A stretch of 64,000 bases of DNA from positions 5,208,001 to 5,272,000 of the forward strand of contig OX597834.1 of NCBI GenBank assembly GCA_951406725.2, in the 5' to 3' direction. Origin of the DNA: Octopus vulgaris. Lineage: Eukaryota. How positions within the stretch are numbered: the first letter of the stretch is position 1; every line of letters begins with the position of its first letter. The position numbers and the translations under genes are program-made. Positions 62,522 to 64,000 of the stretch are shown here, piece by piece. Under the pieces are notes generated by a model. That model saw nothing but the letters and a program-made list of their open reading frames with translations. It had not been told where the DNA came from and searched no databases.

Positions 62522-63089
62522 ATATATATACATATATATATATATATATGTGTGTGTATATATATATAGAGAGACAGAGAGTGTTCATATATATATGTGT
62601 GATATATATATATATATATATATATATGATTTTTGTATGATCATAACTTTCAGAAATATGGATATTTTTTTATGAAGTTTTCTATGAATATGTATTATAT
62701 CATGTAGATTCTGAACATACAATTTTTGGGCGGGTCGAGGGTGGGGTAAGTGTTTTAGGAGATGTGGGGTGGGGAATTTCTGAATATTCACCGGAGTCCT
62801 ATTTGTCTTAACTTTCAAGAAAATCGATATTTTTTAACGAAATTCTCAAGAAATATACCCTCAACTATGTAGATTCCGAGTACATAGAAGTTTTGGGGGA
62901 AAATAATCGGAGGTCATTTTTGAGAACTGTACCCATTCGGGGCTGTTTCAGAACAAGTCGTTCATATTTGTTTCATTTTCTCTGTTTTGTGCGTTTGTGC
63001 ATCCATAGATTTCTTCTGAAGCAACAAACAGGCAATGGAAGGCAAATGAAGCCCTCACCAGAAAACTCGTTATGCTAAAAATAACAGCT

Positions 63090-64000
63090 AAATGCCTGGT
63101 ACCAAGAGTGATGCTCTATACAAACAGAATCTAAATTTGTTGTCTCAGCTTCCAGAACCTGGAAGGGTTGGCGAAAGCCATGTGGTGGACAATGAAAAAC
63201 CTTGCTGATGACAGTCAAGGCTGATCTGGAACCCAACCTAGGCCCCCTTATCTACGGCATTCGTGGCTGGAATAGGAAATGGTTGGAGATCACGCAGTCG
63301 TTAGCCTCAAATCGCCAGGCCTGGTCGGCGTTTGTGAGAGATGCAGCATTGAGGATGAATGAAGCCAGCTCAACCCACCCCGGGTAGGCACCCATATCTA
63401 TGGCATTCACCGCTGGAATAAGGAGTGGTTGGAGATCACACGGTCGTTAGCCTCAAATCACCAGGCCTGGTCGGTGTTTGTGAGAGATGCAGCATTGAGG
63501 ATGAATGAAGCCAGCTCAACCAACCCTGGGTGAATGCTGTCAAGTCAAGTCAAGTCAAGTCAGTTTTCCAGAACCTGAATGTTCATACAGATCAATTTAC
63601 TGTGTCGCTGATCAAGAACAGGCAACGCATTTCCCAGTGGAGTTCCTCAAATCACTTCAGCTACCAGGATTTCCCCCACACACTCTGATCATGAAAACAG
63701 GTGCTCCCATAATGCTATTAAGAATCCTTGATGCACCCAGACTCTGCAACGGAACAAGGTTGCACCCAGACTCTCCAGTGGAACAGCCATGCCCCATGTG
63801 TTGGAAGCAACAATAATTACAGGCAACATGATGGGTGAGAATGTCTTCATTCCAAAGATACCTCTCATCTCAAATTATCTCCCCTTCCAGTTCAAGAGAC
63901 TGCAGTTTCCTGTCAAACGTAGCTTTGCAATGTCTATCAACTAAGCATAAGATCAATCTCGAAAGATGGTGGACTTAACCTCCTTCGACCTTGCTTCTCA
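63090..64000 (+). pseudogene. Helitron Rep-Hel PIF1-family helicase C-terminal remnant (runs off the window)
   Basis: NLNLLSQLPEP|ECSYRS...FPVEFLKSL...PPH.L.MKTGAPIMLLRILD.PRLCNGTRL, then VLEATIITG...VFIPKIPL...FKRLQFPV..SFAMSIN*A*DQS; contains stops and frameshifts. Confidence 0.9.
63162..63565 (+). mobile_element. RTE-type LINE 3' end with tandem duplication and (CAAGT)n tail
   Basis: GWRKPCGGQ*KTLLMTVKADLE...LASNRQAWSAFVRDA; TSD TTCCAGAACCTG at 63150-61 / 63566-77. Confidence 0.88.

Noticed and set aside
62625-62960. Two diverged ~160-bp direct repeats, possibly a Helitron-like element
   Set aside because: No clear termini identified; left unclassified.

Overview
AT-rich, microsatellite-dense eukaryotic DNA made almost entirely of transposon debris. 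The SINE families and repeat landscape suggest an octopus (coleoid cephalopod) intron or intergenic region; this is inference from recognition, not a database hit. I found no intact host protein-coding gene: the supplied ORFs are microsatellite translations, SINE read-through or transposon fragments. Contents: about 45 copies of four tRNA-derived SINE families (my labels A, B, C, E); RTE, CR1/L2-group and R4/Dong-like LINE fragments; Penelope-like (PLE) relics with hammerhead-like motifs; Tigger, Tc1, mariner and piggyBac-type fossils; non-autonomous Helitrons and a Helitron PIF1 helicase remnant. Best leads: (1) two homologous retroelement 5' ends (13252, 48495) that fold as an HDV-like ribozyme, one heading a ~550-bp non-coding element; (2) four local inverted duplications whose history can be read from the repeats they split; (3) a SINE and a LINE sharing a 3' tail with a compensated hairpin. 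Alignments and folds were done by eye, and the boundaries of degenerate repeats are approximate.
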